DNA of 64,000 nucleotides from Rhodothermaceae bacterium bin80. Its GTDB lineage: Bacteria > Bacteroidota > Rhodothermia > Rhodothermales > Bin80. Below the pieces are notes generated by a model. The model had not been told where the DNA came from and did not search any database. It was given only the letters and a program-made list of their open reading frames with translations. A program made the position numbers and the translations under genes. Shown one piece after another: positions 54,205-63,003 of the stretch; the first letter of the stretch is position 1, and each line of letters starts with the position of its first letter. The stretch lies in contig MPNB01000001.1 in NCBI GenBank assembly GCA_002238805.1, forward strand, positions 71,957 through 135,956. Reading direction: 5' to 3'.

Positions 54205-54755
54205 TGTTGGAGGTACGACTCAATCAGGGAAATAGCCTCAGTAGCAGCCTCATCAAGAGAATCGTTTACAACAAGGGCATCGAACTGATCCGCATAAGCG
54301 AGTTCGGTCTTGGCTCTCTGGAGGCGTGTGAGCAGGGTTTTGTCCGTTTCTGTCCCCCGGTCACGCAGACGTCTTTCCAGTTCAGCTTCAGAGGGAGGGG
54401 CTACGAAGATGAAAAAACCTCCGATGGAGGAGCGGACATTCGCGGCCCCCTTAACGTCGATATCCAGGAGGACCGGCCCCCCGACTTCTTTTGAGTTGAA
54501 ATGTGGAGTACCGTAGAAACAGCCGGGGTAGACCTCCTCGTACTCGAGGAGTGCACCCTCCGTGAGGAGACGCTCAAACTCAGGTAATGAGACAAAGAAA
54601 TAATCCTTGCCGTGCTTCTCATAAGGCCTCGGGGAACGCGTCGTCACCGAGACGGCCAGGTGCATACTGGGAAATGCATCCAGGACCCGCTGGGCAATGC
54701 TGGACTTTCCAGCACCGCTCGGAGCAGTCAGGCCAACAATTTTTTGACGGCTCAT
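54201..54755 (-). CDS. gmk: Guanylate kinase
   Basis: APSGAGKS, SVTTRSPR, GKDYFF, YGT, DIDVKGA. Confidence 0.95.
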   Translation of the reverse strand: MSRQKIVGLTAPSGAGKSSIAQRVLDAFPSMHLAVSVTTRSPRPYEKHGKDYFFVSLPEFERLLTEGALLEYEEVYPGCFYGTPHFNSKEVGGPVLLDIDVKGAANVRSSIGGFFIFVAPPSEAELERRLRDRGTETDKTLLTRLQRAKTELAYADQFDALVVNDSLDEAATEAISLIESYLQQ

Positions 54756-54914
54756 GGGCAGAAATGTCTTGTGGCCGGAGGTGAACAGCTTGATCCCCGG
54801 TTCACGTGGTTGGGAAGCTCCCAACCATGTACTTCGTTACCCAATCAGGCAAGCCCAGCATGGGGGTTCCAAGGGGCAGAGAACAGTGTCTGTTGTATAT
54901 GCCTGCATGGTTTG

Positions 54915-55002
54915 CGGAGAGGGAGGGATTCGAACCCTCGGTACCCGGTTAGGGTACACTCGCTTTCCAGGCGAGCCCGTTAGGCCGCTCCGGCACCTCT
55001 CC
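54915..55002 (-). tRNA. tRNA-Ser(GGA)
   Basis: GGAGAGG acceptor stem, CTCGC-CT-GGA-AA-GCGAG, long variable arm, GTTCGAATCC. Confidence 0.95.
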
Positions 55003-55571
55003 TATACTTCCATAATTTCCTTCTCCTTTTGACGAAGAAATTTGTCGATCGCTGACACGAAACGGTCTGTTTCCTTTTGCAGTCGCTCTTCGGCCAGGTA
55101 TCGCATGTCCTCCGAAAGGTGTTCTTCCTCCTGAGTGGTCTTTAACTCGTCCTTGGTGCTGCGTCGGATATTGCGGATGGCTATCTTTGACCGCTCACCG
55201 ATCTGCCGTACCCGCTTGCAGAGTTCTCTCCGACGCTCTTCCGTCAGAGGAGGAACCGGTACCCGGATGATCACGCCGTCATTGGAGGGGTTCAGTCCCA
55301 GATTGGCGGACATTATCGCTTTCTCAATGGCGTCAATAGAGGACTTATCCCATGGTGACACAACCAGAAGATCCGGCTGTGGCGCGTTTATGGAGGACAA
55401 TTGATTCAGGGGGGAAACACTGCCATAGAATTCAACCCTGACATTCTGCAGCATAGCAGGGGCCGCTCGACCCGCCCGGACAGCTCGCAACTCTTTGCCT
55501 AGATGTTGCATTGAGCGCTCCATATGGTCTACAGCATCTGACAGTATTAATTCCAGTAATTCGTCTAACAT
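55002..55571 (-). CDS. frr: Ribosome recycling factor
   Basis: VRAGRA, NLGLNPSNDG, PPLTEERR, IRNIRR, KEKEIMEV. Confidence 0.97.
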   Translation of the reverse strand: MLDELLELILSDAVDHMERSMQHLGKELRAVRAGRAAPAMLQNVRVEFYGSVSPLNQLSSINAPQPDLLVVSPWDKSSIDAIEKAIMSANLGLNPSNDGVIIRVPVPPLTEERRRELCKRVRQIGERSKIAIRNIRRSTKDELKTTQEEEHLSEDMRYLAEERLQKETDRFVSAIDKFLRQKEKEIMEV

Positions 55572-55588
55572 GGTGATGGCAAGGCAGG

Positions 55589-56347
55589 CTACTCCCAATG
55601 TACGTAAGAGCCCACTTTCGTTCCGCGAACAATTCGCTGTATATTTCCCGGTTCATTCACGTTGCAGATTACGATGGGCATCTTGGATTCCTCGCACAAC
55701 GTAAAGGCGGTCTTATCCATAACTTTCAGTCCCCGGCGAATGACCTCATGGCCGGCAATCGTAGCATAGTGTTTTGCGGTCTTGTGTTGCTCTGGATCAG
55801 CCGAATAGATTCCGCTCACTCGAGTAGCCTTGATGAGCACATCCGCGCCAATCTCCAAAGCTCTGAGTGCAGCAGCAGTGTCCGTAGTAAAGTACGGGTT
55901 GCCGGTTCCCCCGCCAAAAATGACCACACGTCCCTTTTCGAGGTGGCGTATAGCTCGTCGACGAATGAATGACTCGGCAATTTCTTCCATCTTGATGCTT
56001 GACTGCAGCCGTGTCTGGACACCCAGCTGTTCCAAGGCATCCTGAAGGGCCATGGCATTGATCATGGTGGCCAACATGCCCATATAATCACCATGCGCCC
56101 GGGTCATATTCCGGGTAGCAGCTGAAACCCCTCGGAATATGTTGCCTCCGCCAATTACAATGGCCAGTTCTACACCGGTTTCTGCTACAGCACGCAACTC
56201 TCCGACCCAGGCTGTAAGCACCTTGTCGTCGATACCAAAAGAAAGCCCTCCCTGCAGTGCTTCGCCACTGAGCTTCACAAGCACGCGCTTGTAGACAGAT
56301 TTTTGAGGTACAGGATTCGGCATAGTCGTGACCGCATGCGGGGTCAC
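55589..56347 (-). CDS. pyrH: UMP kinase
   Basis: KLSGEAL, GGGNIFRG, DYMGMLAT, GNPYFTTD. Confidence 0.97.
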   Translation of the reverse strand: MTPHAVTTMPNPVPQKSVYKRVLVKLSGEALQGGLSFGIDDKVLTAWVGELRAVAETGVELAIVIGGGNIFRGVSAATRNMTRAHGDYMGMLATMINAMALQDALEQLGVQTRLQSSIKMEEIAESFIRRRAIRHLEKGRVVIFGGGTGNPYFTTDTAAALRALEIGADVLIKATRVSGIYSADPEQHKTAKHYATIAGHEVIRRGLKVMDKTAFTLCEESKMPIVICNVNEPGNIQRIVRGTKVGSYVHWE

Positions 56348-57183
56348 TCACCCAGTGCACAGCGCACAAATTCACCAACGTTTGCTCCGGCCTTTTTCAG
56401 CACATCCCGAACGCGCAGCGAGGCATCTTTAACAAAAGGCTGCTCCACCAGGACATTGTCCTTGAAGAAGCGCTCCAGCTTACCTCTGGCAATCCGGTCC
56501 AGGAGGTTCTCCGGCTTGCCTTCAAGCCTTGCTGCTTCTTTACCGATCTCGAACTCTTTGTCCTGAATGGTCTGGGGCACGTTCTTGCGGTGCGCGGCAA
56601 GCGGGTTTAATGCAGCAATCTGCATAGCGACGTTTCGTCCTGTTTCCTCGAGCGAACCGGTACCTGAGAGTGTGACTAACACGCCCAGGCGGGAGCCGGG
56701 ATGGATATAGTCGATCACTTGACCCTCCTGAACAGAGAGGAGCGAAAAACGCCGAATCCCCAGTTTCTCACCAATCTTGCCGGTAAGATCTGTCAAGGCT
56801 TCGCCAACCGTACGACCATTCCTGAAGGGCAAAGCCAGCAACGCATCCAGGTCAGCGGGGCGTGATGAGAGAATAAGATCTGCCACCGCATTTGCGAAAG
56901 CATCAAACTCATCATTGCGAGCGACAAAGTCGGTTTCGCAGTTGACCTCAACGATGATTCCGGTGTGACCGGAATCGGAGATGCGGGTTAGAATGAGTCC
57001 TTGGAGTGCTTCGCGGTCCGCACGCTTTGCAGCAACACGCTGCCCCTTTTTACGCAAAAGGTCTACGGCAGCATCAAGGTCGCCACCTGCTTCACCGAGA
57101 GCCCGCTTGCAGTCCATCATCCCTGCACCGGTCATGTCGCGGAGTCGCTTGACATCCTTTGCTGAAATAGAGACCTGAGTCAT
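56344..57183 (-). CDS. tsf: Elongation factor Ts
   Basis: LRDMTGAGMMDCK, EVNCETDFVA. Confidence 0.97.
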   Translation of the reverse strand: MTQVSISAKDVKRLRDMTGAGMMDCKRALGEAGGDLDAAVDLLRKKGQRVAAKRADREALQGLILTRISDSGHTGIIVEVNCETDFVARNDEFDAFANAVADLILSSRPADLDALLALPFRNGRTVGEALTDLTGKIGEKLGIRRFSLLSVQEGQVIDYIHPGSRLGVLVTLSGTGSLEETGRNVAMQIAALNPLAAHRKNVPQTIQDKEFEIGKEAARLEGKPENLLDRIARGKLERFFKDNVLVEQPFVKDASLRVRDVLKKAGANVGEFVRCALGE

Positions 57184-57433
57184 TGGTTGTAGTCTTGTTG
57201 TTGCTAAAATCTTAGCAGGTTGCCAAAGTAGGAGATCATTAAGCCAAAGCATTCATGCCGGAGCAGCAAACGACATGCTCCGGGTACAATCACTGTCACA
57301 CAGTTTCGCACGGAGTTTTGAGTAGGCCGCCAGTCTGTGGCATAGTTGATTTTTGCAGGCTTGTAGGAGTTAAATCCGTTTATGTATTTTTGAACAGTTT
57401 CTGCCGGATACCCAGGCAGGACTAGAGTTCAGA

Positions 57434-58228
57434 TTATTTACGTGGCCTTTTCTTTCCTCGTCCCTCCTGACGCTTTTCCTGTTCCGCTTTTTTGTTGGCG
57501 GCGTTGATCTCCGCCTGTTTTCGTCCCTCATTTACGGCTTGGGCAATCGTATGCGAAATGATCTGGATGGACTTAAAAGCATCGTCATTGCAGGGAATGA
57601 CGTAATTCACCAGATCGGGGTTGCAGTTGGTATCGACCATGGCTATTACCGGGATACCAAGTTTACGTGCCTCGTTGACTGCGATGCGTTCCCGGCGCAT
57701 ATCCACGACGAAGAGGCACCCCGGAGTTCGGGGCATTTCAGCGATACCGCCGAGGTTTCGCTGAAGCTTCTCCAGTTCCCTGGATTTCATCAGGCGTTCT
57801 TTCTTTTTGAGTTGATCCAACGTTCCGTCTTTGCCCATCTTGGCCAGACTCTCCATACGACGGATACTGTTCCGGATCGTCTGAAAATTGGTCAATGTTC
57901 CTCCGAGCCAGCGTTCCACAACAAAGGGAGATTTGCAGGACTCTGCGGCTTCCCGGACGGTTTGCTTTGCCTGTTTTTTTGTTCCGACGAAAAGCACAGA
58001 TTTACCCTGCCGGGCAAAGCGTGTCGCCGTATCAGCTGCCCGGGAGAGCAGGTTTTGGGTCTGTAACAGGTCGATGATGTGGATTCCATTGCGCTGCATG
58101 AAGATGTAGCTACGCATCTTGGGATTCCACCGACTGGTTAGGTGGCCGAAGTGTGTTCCAGCCTTTAGAAGATCTTCTACAGAAACCCGGTGTTGGGTTG
58201 AACCGTGATCGGTTACGGGATTGCTCAT
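57434..58228 (-). CDS. rpsB: 30S ribosomal protein S2
   Basis: AGTHFGH, WNPKM, RWLGGTLTNF, DTNCNPD. Confidence 0.98.
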   Translation of the reverse strand: MSNPVTDHGSTQHRVSVEDLLKAGTHFGHLTSRWNPKMRSYIFMQRNGIHIIDLLQTQNLLSRAADTATRFARQGKSVLFVGTKKQAKQTVREAAESCKSPFVVERWLGGTLTNFQTIRNSIRRMESLAKMGKDGTLDQLKKKERLMKSRELEKLQRNLGGIAEMPRTPGCLFVVDMRRERIAVNEARKLGIPVIAMVDTNCNPDLVNYVIPCNDDAFKSIQIISHTIAQAVNEGRKQAEINAANKKAEQEKRQEGRGKKRPRK

Positions 58229-58324
58229 ATTTTTGGGGATTGGGTTAGACCACCAGGATCATCACTTGCAGGGCCAACCGGGGAGGCACCCAGCCGTGCA
58301 TCAGAGCCTGTGCGGGATTGTTGG

Positions 58325-58720
58325 TTATCGTTTAGAGAATTGGAAGCGTTTACGGGCTTTGGGTTGTCCGTACTTCTTGCGTTCCACCATTCTGGGATCG
58401 CGTGTCAGAAATCCGGCCTCTCGAAGAGCTTTCCGGCGTTCCTCATCGGCCTGGACAAGCGCGCGCGATGCACCAAGACGGATCGCTTCGGACTGTCCGG
58501 TAAGTCCGCCACCTCTTACGTTGACCACCAGGTCATACATTCCTGAGGTTTCGGTGACGTCGAAGGGAGACAGGAGTACACGTCTTCTGGTCTCCATCTT
58601 GAAGTACTCGTCGAGCGGGCGGCGATTGACAATCACACGACCGGAGCCTGGGCGCATATAAACGCGGGCCGTTGAGGTTTTTCGACGGCCGATAGCGACA
58701 AACTCGGTAAGGTTGGCCAT
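58325..58720 (-). CDS. rpsI: 30S ribosomal protein S9
   Basis: GRRKTS, GGGLTGQ, ERKKYG..QFSKR. Confidence 0.98.
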   Translation of the reverse strand: MANLTEFVAIGRRKTSTARVYMRPGSGRVIVNRRPLDEYFKMETRRRVLLSPFDVTETSGMYDLVVNVRGGGLTGQSEAIRLGASRALVQADEERRKALREAGFLTRDPRMVERKKYGQPKARKRFQFSKR

Positions 58721-58748
58721 TAACGGATCAACTCGGATTTATTTGGGA

Positions 58749-59192
58749 TTAGCAGGGTAATTCTTCGGGATTCTGTGCGCCGTGGGGATGGTCTGCACTC
58801 GCGTATACCTTGAGCTTGGTCAACATTTGCCTGCCTAGCACACCTTTCGGCAGCATACCTTTGACAGCATGGCGTAAGAGGTGTTCTGGCTTTTTCGCAC
58901 GCACGGCACGTGCTGTGCGTGATTTCAAGCCGCCCGGATAGCCGCTGTAACTGTAGTAGAGCTTCGCATCCTCTTTGTTACCGGTAAAGCGGACTTTGTC
59001 TGCATTGACAATAATCACGTAGTCCCCAGTATCTACATGGGGGGTGAAGATCGGCTTATGTTTGCCTCGCAAAATGGTTGCCACCCGTGAGGCCAGACGT
59101 CCCACTATGGCTTGTTCTGCGTCAATGACATACCACTTCCGCTGCACCTCCTGGGCGTTGGCGCTATGTGTTTTGTAGCTTTGAATCTCCAT
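58749..59192 (-). CDS. rplM: 50S ribosomal protein L13
   Basis: GRLAS, GKHKP, DTGDYV, YPGGLK, GMLPK. Confidence 0.98.
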   Translation of the reverse strand: MEIQSYKTHSANAQEVQRKWYVIDAEQAIVGRLASRVATILRGKHKPIFTPHVDTGDYVIIVNADKVRFTGNKEDAKLYYSYSGYPGGLKSRTARAVRAKKPEHLLRHAVKGMLPKGVLGRQMLTKLKVYASADHPHGAQNPEELPC

Positions 59193-59275
59193 TCCTTTGC
59201 AGTCTTGGGCGCATTTCTAGCGTAGCAGAGTGGTACGCCGAATGCAACAGCAAAGTTCACTTCAGAAATTTAGGA

Positions 59276-60409
59276 CTAGAAGGTGTTGAGCATGACCGGC
59301 ATAATCAACATCGTGTACTCAAAAGATTCTTCCTGTTCCACGGGTGTGATGAGTGCAGCGCGGTTTGGTGTGCCCAATGCAAGATTAATGTCTTCCGCAT
59401 GGACATACCTCAGGGCCTCCTGGAGATAGGTCGCATTAAATCCAATCTGCATGTGGTCTCCAAGATACTCACAGGGGATCGTCTCACGTCCCTTGCTGGA
59501 TCGCTCAGGGTCATGAGCGCTGACCTTGACCTCCGCCTCTTTGCAGTCCAGGACGACCTGGTGTGATGCGCGCGAGGCAAAGATGTTTACTCGACGCACA
59601 CTGTTGTACAGATCGTCCTTGCGCAGGAGGACCACTTTATCATTGTTTGATGGGATCACGCGCCGGTAATTTGGGAACTTGGCGTCAAGAAGAGTGCTGA
59701 CCAGATGGGTGGAACCAAAAGAGAAACTGATGCTGTTCTTACTGATCTGTATGGTGCACTCGTCCGCGCCGGCAATACGGGTTGCTTGTTGGAACACCCT
59801 GAGTGGTATGAGCGCGCTCGTATTTGTGTCATTATCAAACCCCTTCAGAGCACACATTGCCAGCCGATGGCCGTCAGAGGTAATGGCTCGTACAATATCT
59901 TTTTCGATTTCTAGGAAAAATCCCATCATGCCGGGCCTGGACGTATCCTTACTCGCGGCGAAGCCCACCAAGTCCCAAGCCTGCTTCAAGCGCTTCCGCT
60001 CAATCTTCACGGGTTCTCCATCTGTAATCAGAGGGAAGTCAGGGAACAGTGTGCCTTTGTGGCCCATCCAGACATATTTGCCGTTTTTGTGTTCGAGAAC
60101 GAGGCTGTAGTCTTGCCGAGCTTCAAAAGTGATCGGCACATCTGGCAGAGCTCGACAAGCTTCAAGGAGACGTTTGGCGGGTACGGCGATCTGGTCAAGC
60201 TCCTCATCCGGTTCGCTGGAAAAGTCAATCGGAATGCTATGCCGAATGGAAAATCCAAGATCGGAGTCCATAGCCCTCAACCGGAGAGCATCTCCCTGTC
60301 GATGTAAGTGAATGCAATTCCAGATATCCGCTTTAGGTTTGCTTGGCAAGGCACCACTAACGATGTCCAGAGCGTTGGAAAGATCGTTGCTGTTGATGGA
60401 GAATTTCAT
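59276..60409 (-). CDS. dnaN: DNA polymerase III beta clamp
   Basis: TSDGHRLA, FPNYRRVIP, IGFNATYL, LIMPV. Confidence 0.93.
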   Translation of the reverse strand: MKFSINSNDLSNALDIVSGALPSKPKADIWNCIHLHRQGDALRLRAMDSDLGFSIRHSIPIDFSSEPDEELDQIAVPAKRLLEACRALPDVPITFEARQDYSLVLEHKNGKYVWMGHKGTLFPDFPLITDGEPVKIERKRLKQAWDLVGFAASKDTSRPGMMGFFLEIEKDIVRAITSDGHRLAMCALKGFDNDTNTSALIPLRVFQQATRIAGADECTIQISKNSISFSFGSTHLVSTLLDAKFPNYRRVIPSNNDKVVLLRKDDLYNSVRRVNIFASRASHQVVLDCKEAEVKVSAHDPERSSKGRETIPCEYLGDHMQIGFNATYLQEALRYVHAEDINLALGTPNRAALITPVEQEESFEYTMLIMPVMLNTF

Positions 60410-60432
60410 GGGGAGAGCAGAGCGTCCCTGCG

Positions 60433-61833
60433 TTAAGTCAGGAGAGTAACTTTACGTCGGATATCAGCTACACGGTTACGGTAATTAATGTCCGTTTCGA
60501 TGAGGTTGTTGACACTTTTCACAGCATGAACAACGGTTGAGTGGTCGCGACCTCCAAACTGGAGACCGATTGCTTTGTGGGTATAGTCCAGTTCACGACA
60601 AAAATACATAGCCAATTGTCGTACCTGTACAATTTCCCGCTTTTTTGTTTTTTCATGCAGACGGCTTTGGTCAATACCGAAATAGTCGCAAACCAGCCGC
60701 TGGACCCTGTCTATGGATAGTATGGCATGCGGTCGCCTGATGAAATCCTTCAGAGCAATTTTTGCCAGGGATTCGTCAATCGCCTGTGTTGTATAGGTTG
60801 CCTGTGCCAGTAGACGCACAAGTGCTCCCTCAAGTTCACGAATATTTTTTGTAATGTTCTGGGCAATGTAGTCAACTACCCCAGGAGGCAGGTCCAAGCC
60901 AATCTCATCAGCCTTCCGGATCAAAATAGCCGTACGGGTCTCGAGGTCCGGTGGTTGAAGGTCTGCTTGGAGACCCCAGCAAAAACGAGAGAGTAACCGC
61001 TCCTCAATCCCCTCGATTTCTTTTGGAGGTCGATCTGCACTAAGTACGATCTGGTTGCCATTCTGCTGCAATTCGTTGAAAACACAAAAGAACTCTTCCT
61101 GTGTTTTTTCCTTCCCGCCGAAGAACTGGACATCGTCGATAATGAGGACGTCTATTTTTCGATAGTATCTGGAGAATTTCTGAACTTTTTTTTCCTGAAT
61201 TGCCTGTACAAACTCGTTTGTGAACCGCTCACTCGAAACGTAGAGAACACTCTTGTCCGATCGCCAGTTTTGGATGTGGTTCCCGATGGCGTGTATGAGA
61301 TGCGTTTTTCCCAGTCCAACGCCGCCGTAAACGAGAAACGGGTTATAGGCGGTACCACCAGGCAAGTCAGCAATAGCCCGGGCAGCGCTGTAGGCCAACT
61401 GGTTGCAATCACCAACGACAAACTTGTCGAAAGTATGACTTTCCATCAGGTGGCTTTTTACAACAGGTTGGGCAGTCGTCTCGGGCTGAAACGCAGGCGT
61501 ACGGTGAGCGACGCTGTCGGAGGCAGGTACCTGATAAGTACTCTGGGTTTGACGGGGCCCTATGTCCTCCTGTACGACGACAACCTCGTAATACAGGCGG
61601 TTTTTCTCGCCAAGTACACGGGTTAGGGTTGTCCGGAGGAGCAGATTGTATTGTCCCTCAAGGTACTCGTAGTGAAATGGGCCGGGTACCCGGAGGGTAA
61701 GCTTTGAGATACCATCATCCTGAGCCAAGGCCACAGCTTCCAAGGGGGTGAACCAAGTCTGGAAGCATTGAGGGCTTACGTTGTCTCGGATCACTTCGAG
61801 ACACGCTTCCCAAGCAGATTCTGCGGTAGGCAT
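60433..61833 (-). CDS. dnaA: Chromosomal replication initiator
   Basis: NPFLVYGGVGLGKTHL, IDDVQF, RLLSRF, NIRELEGAL, GGRDHSTV. Confidence 0.98.
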   Translation of the reverse strand: MPTAESAWEACLEVIRDNVSPQCFQTWFTPLEAVALAQDDGISKLTLRVPGPFHYEYLEGQYNLLLRTTLTRVLGEKNRLYYEVVVVQEDIGPRQTQSTYQVPASDSVAHRTPAFQPETTAQPVVKSHLMESHTFDKFVVGDCNQLAYSAARAIADLPGGTAYNPFLVYGGVGLGKTHLIHAIGNHIQNWRSDKSVLYVSSERFTNEFVQAIQEKKVQKFSRYYRKIDVLIIDDVQFFGGKEKTQEEFFCVFNELQQNGNQIVLSADRPPKEIEGIEERLLSRFCWGLQADLQPPDLETRTAILIRKADEIGLDLPPGVVDYIAQNITKNIRELEGALVRLLAQATYTTQAIDESLAKIALKDFIRRPHAILSIDRVQRLVCDYFGIDQSRLHEKTKKREIVQVRQLAMYFCRELDYTHKAIGLQFGGRDHSTVVHAVKSVNNLIETDINYRNRVADIRRKVTLLT

Positions 61834-61948
61834 TCAGGATGAGGATTGAACAAAACGCAACAGATGACTCAAAGATAGTGCAATTGTACGATTGCGCAGA
61901 CTGCGAGACCAATAAAGGTAAGGGCTTTGCGAAAACAAGTTGACAGAG

Positions 61949-62203
61949 TTATCCACAATTTATCCCCAAAAATTTGCCGAAAAACACCAACACCATTATT
62001 CTTGATAGATTATTAATAATTGTCTATAAACGTGGGAACCACCGGCTAAAGCGTGTATTTTGGCCCAAATGCCTGAAAAGCTTTGTTTCAGTTTGAGGTT
62101 TGATCATTAGTTTCTCGGAAAAAGTTGCAAGTTATCCACATAAAAGGTCACCACAAGTCAGGTTTACGGAGATAACATTGGCCATCTGCAATAAATATCC
62201 ACA
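61949..62203. promoter_or_regulatory. DnaA-box cluster upstream of dnaA (autoregulatory region or origin half)
   Basis: TTATCCACA at 61949 and 62132, TTATCCCCA at 61960, ATATCCACA at 62195; AT-rich tract about 62000-62030. Confidence 0.75.
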
Positions 62204-62289
62204 AAACTGTCAGTGAAACACAAGGAACAGAGATTGGGAAACCTGCAGGGCTATTGTCAGGTTTACACCTGCTATCCTTTAATGAGACC

Positions 62290-62769
62290 ATGTTGAAGGT
62301 TGATTTAACTGCACCCCAAGGGGGGCTATTTGAACTTGTTGCTTCGGACTTGGATCTGGATCCAGCGATATTTTCCAAAATTCAGGTGAACTTGGAATTT
62401 AAGCAGTCGGAGGACACCCTTCGTGTGATCATAGGGGTTCAGTCGGATGCTCTCCTGGAATGTGATCGTACGCTGCAGGAGTTCGTAATGCCCATCAGCA
62501 ATACTCATGAACTGCTCCTCCTGACGCGTGGTCAAGAGCCGGATGCGGATGGCACGACGGAGCAGATTGAACTGGAGCCCCGACAGCGGGTGTTGGATTT
62601 AACCAGTATAGCTCGTGATGCGTTGATGCTGGCCATCCCCGTCAGGAAGGTGGCACCAGAGGCGGAGGAATTACAAATACAAACAAGTTTTGGTGCTCCC
62701 GCAGAGGAAGCTGATCATCGTTGGTCAGCTTTACTTGCCATGCGAGAGGAGCATGCTCACAAATATTAG
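62290..62769 (+). CDS. YceD/DUF177-family protein
   Basis: ECDRTL..LDL..ARDALMLAIP..DHRWSAL; upstream of rpmF. Confidence 0.85.
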   Translation: MLKVDLTAPQGGLFELVASDLDLDPAIFSKIQVNLEFKQSEDTLRVIIGVQSDALLECDRTLQEFVMPISNTHELLLLTRGQEPDADGTTEQIELEPRQRVLDLTSIARDALMLAIPVRKVAPEAEELQIQTSFGAPAEEADHRWSALLAMREEHAHKY

Positions 62770-62772
62770 ACA

Positions 62773-62964
62773 ATGGCCAATCCCAGAAGAAAAAACTCAA
62801 AGGCACGCACACGCAAGCGCAGGGCGGTATACTACGGGGGTATTGATAACCCCACCACGACGGAATGCGAGCAGTGTGGCAGCGTAAAGTTGAGACATCG
62901 TATTTGTCCAAATTGCGGAACCTATCGCGGTCGCCAGATCATAGAACCGGCAGACGACGTATAG
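62773..62964 (+). CDS. rpmF: 50S ribosomal protein L32
   Basis: MANPRRKNSK..CEQC..HRICPNCGTYRG. Confidence 0.96.
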   Translation: MANPRRKNSKARTRKRRAVYYGGIDNPTTTECEQCGSVKLRHRICPNCGTYRGRQIIEPADDV

Positions 62965-63003
62965 AGGGTTACGTGCTTGTCCACGACACTGGGTTGAAGA
63001 TAT

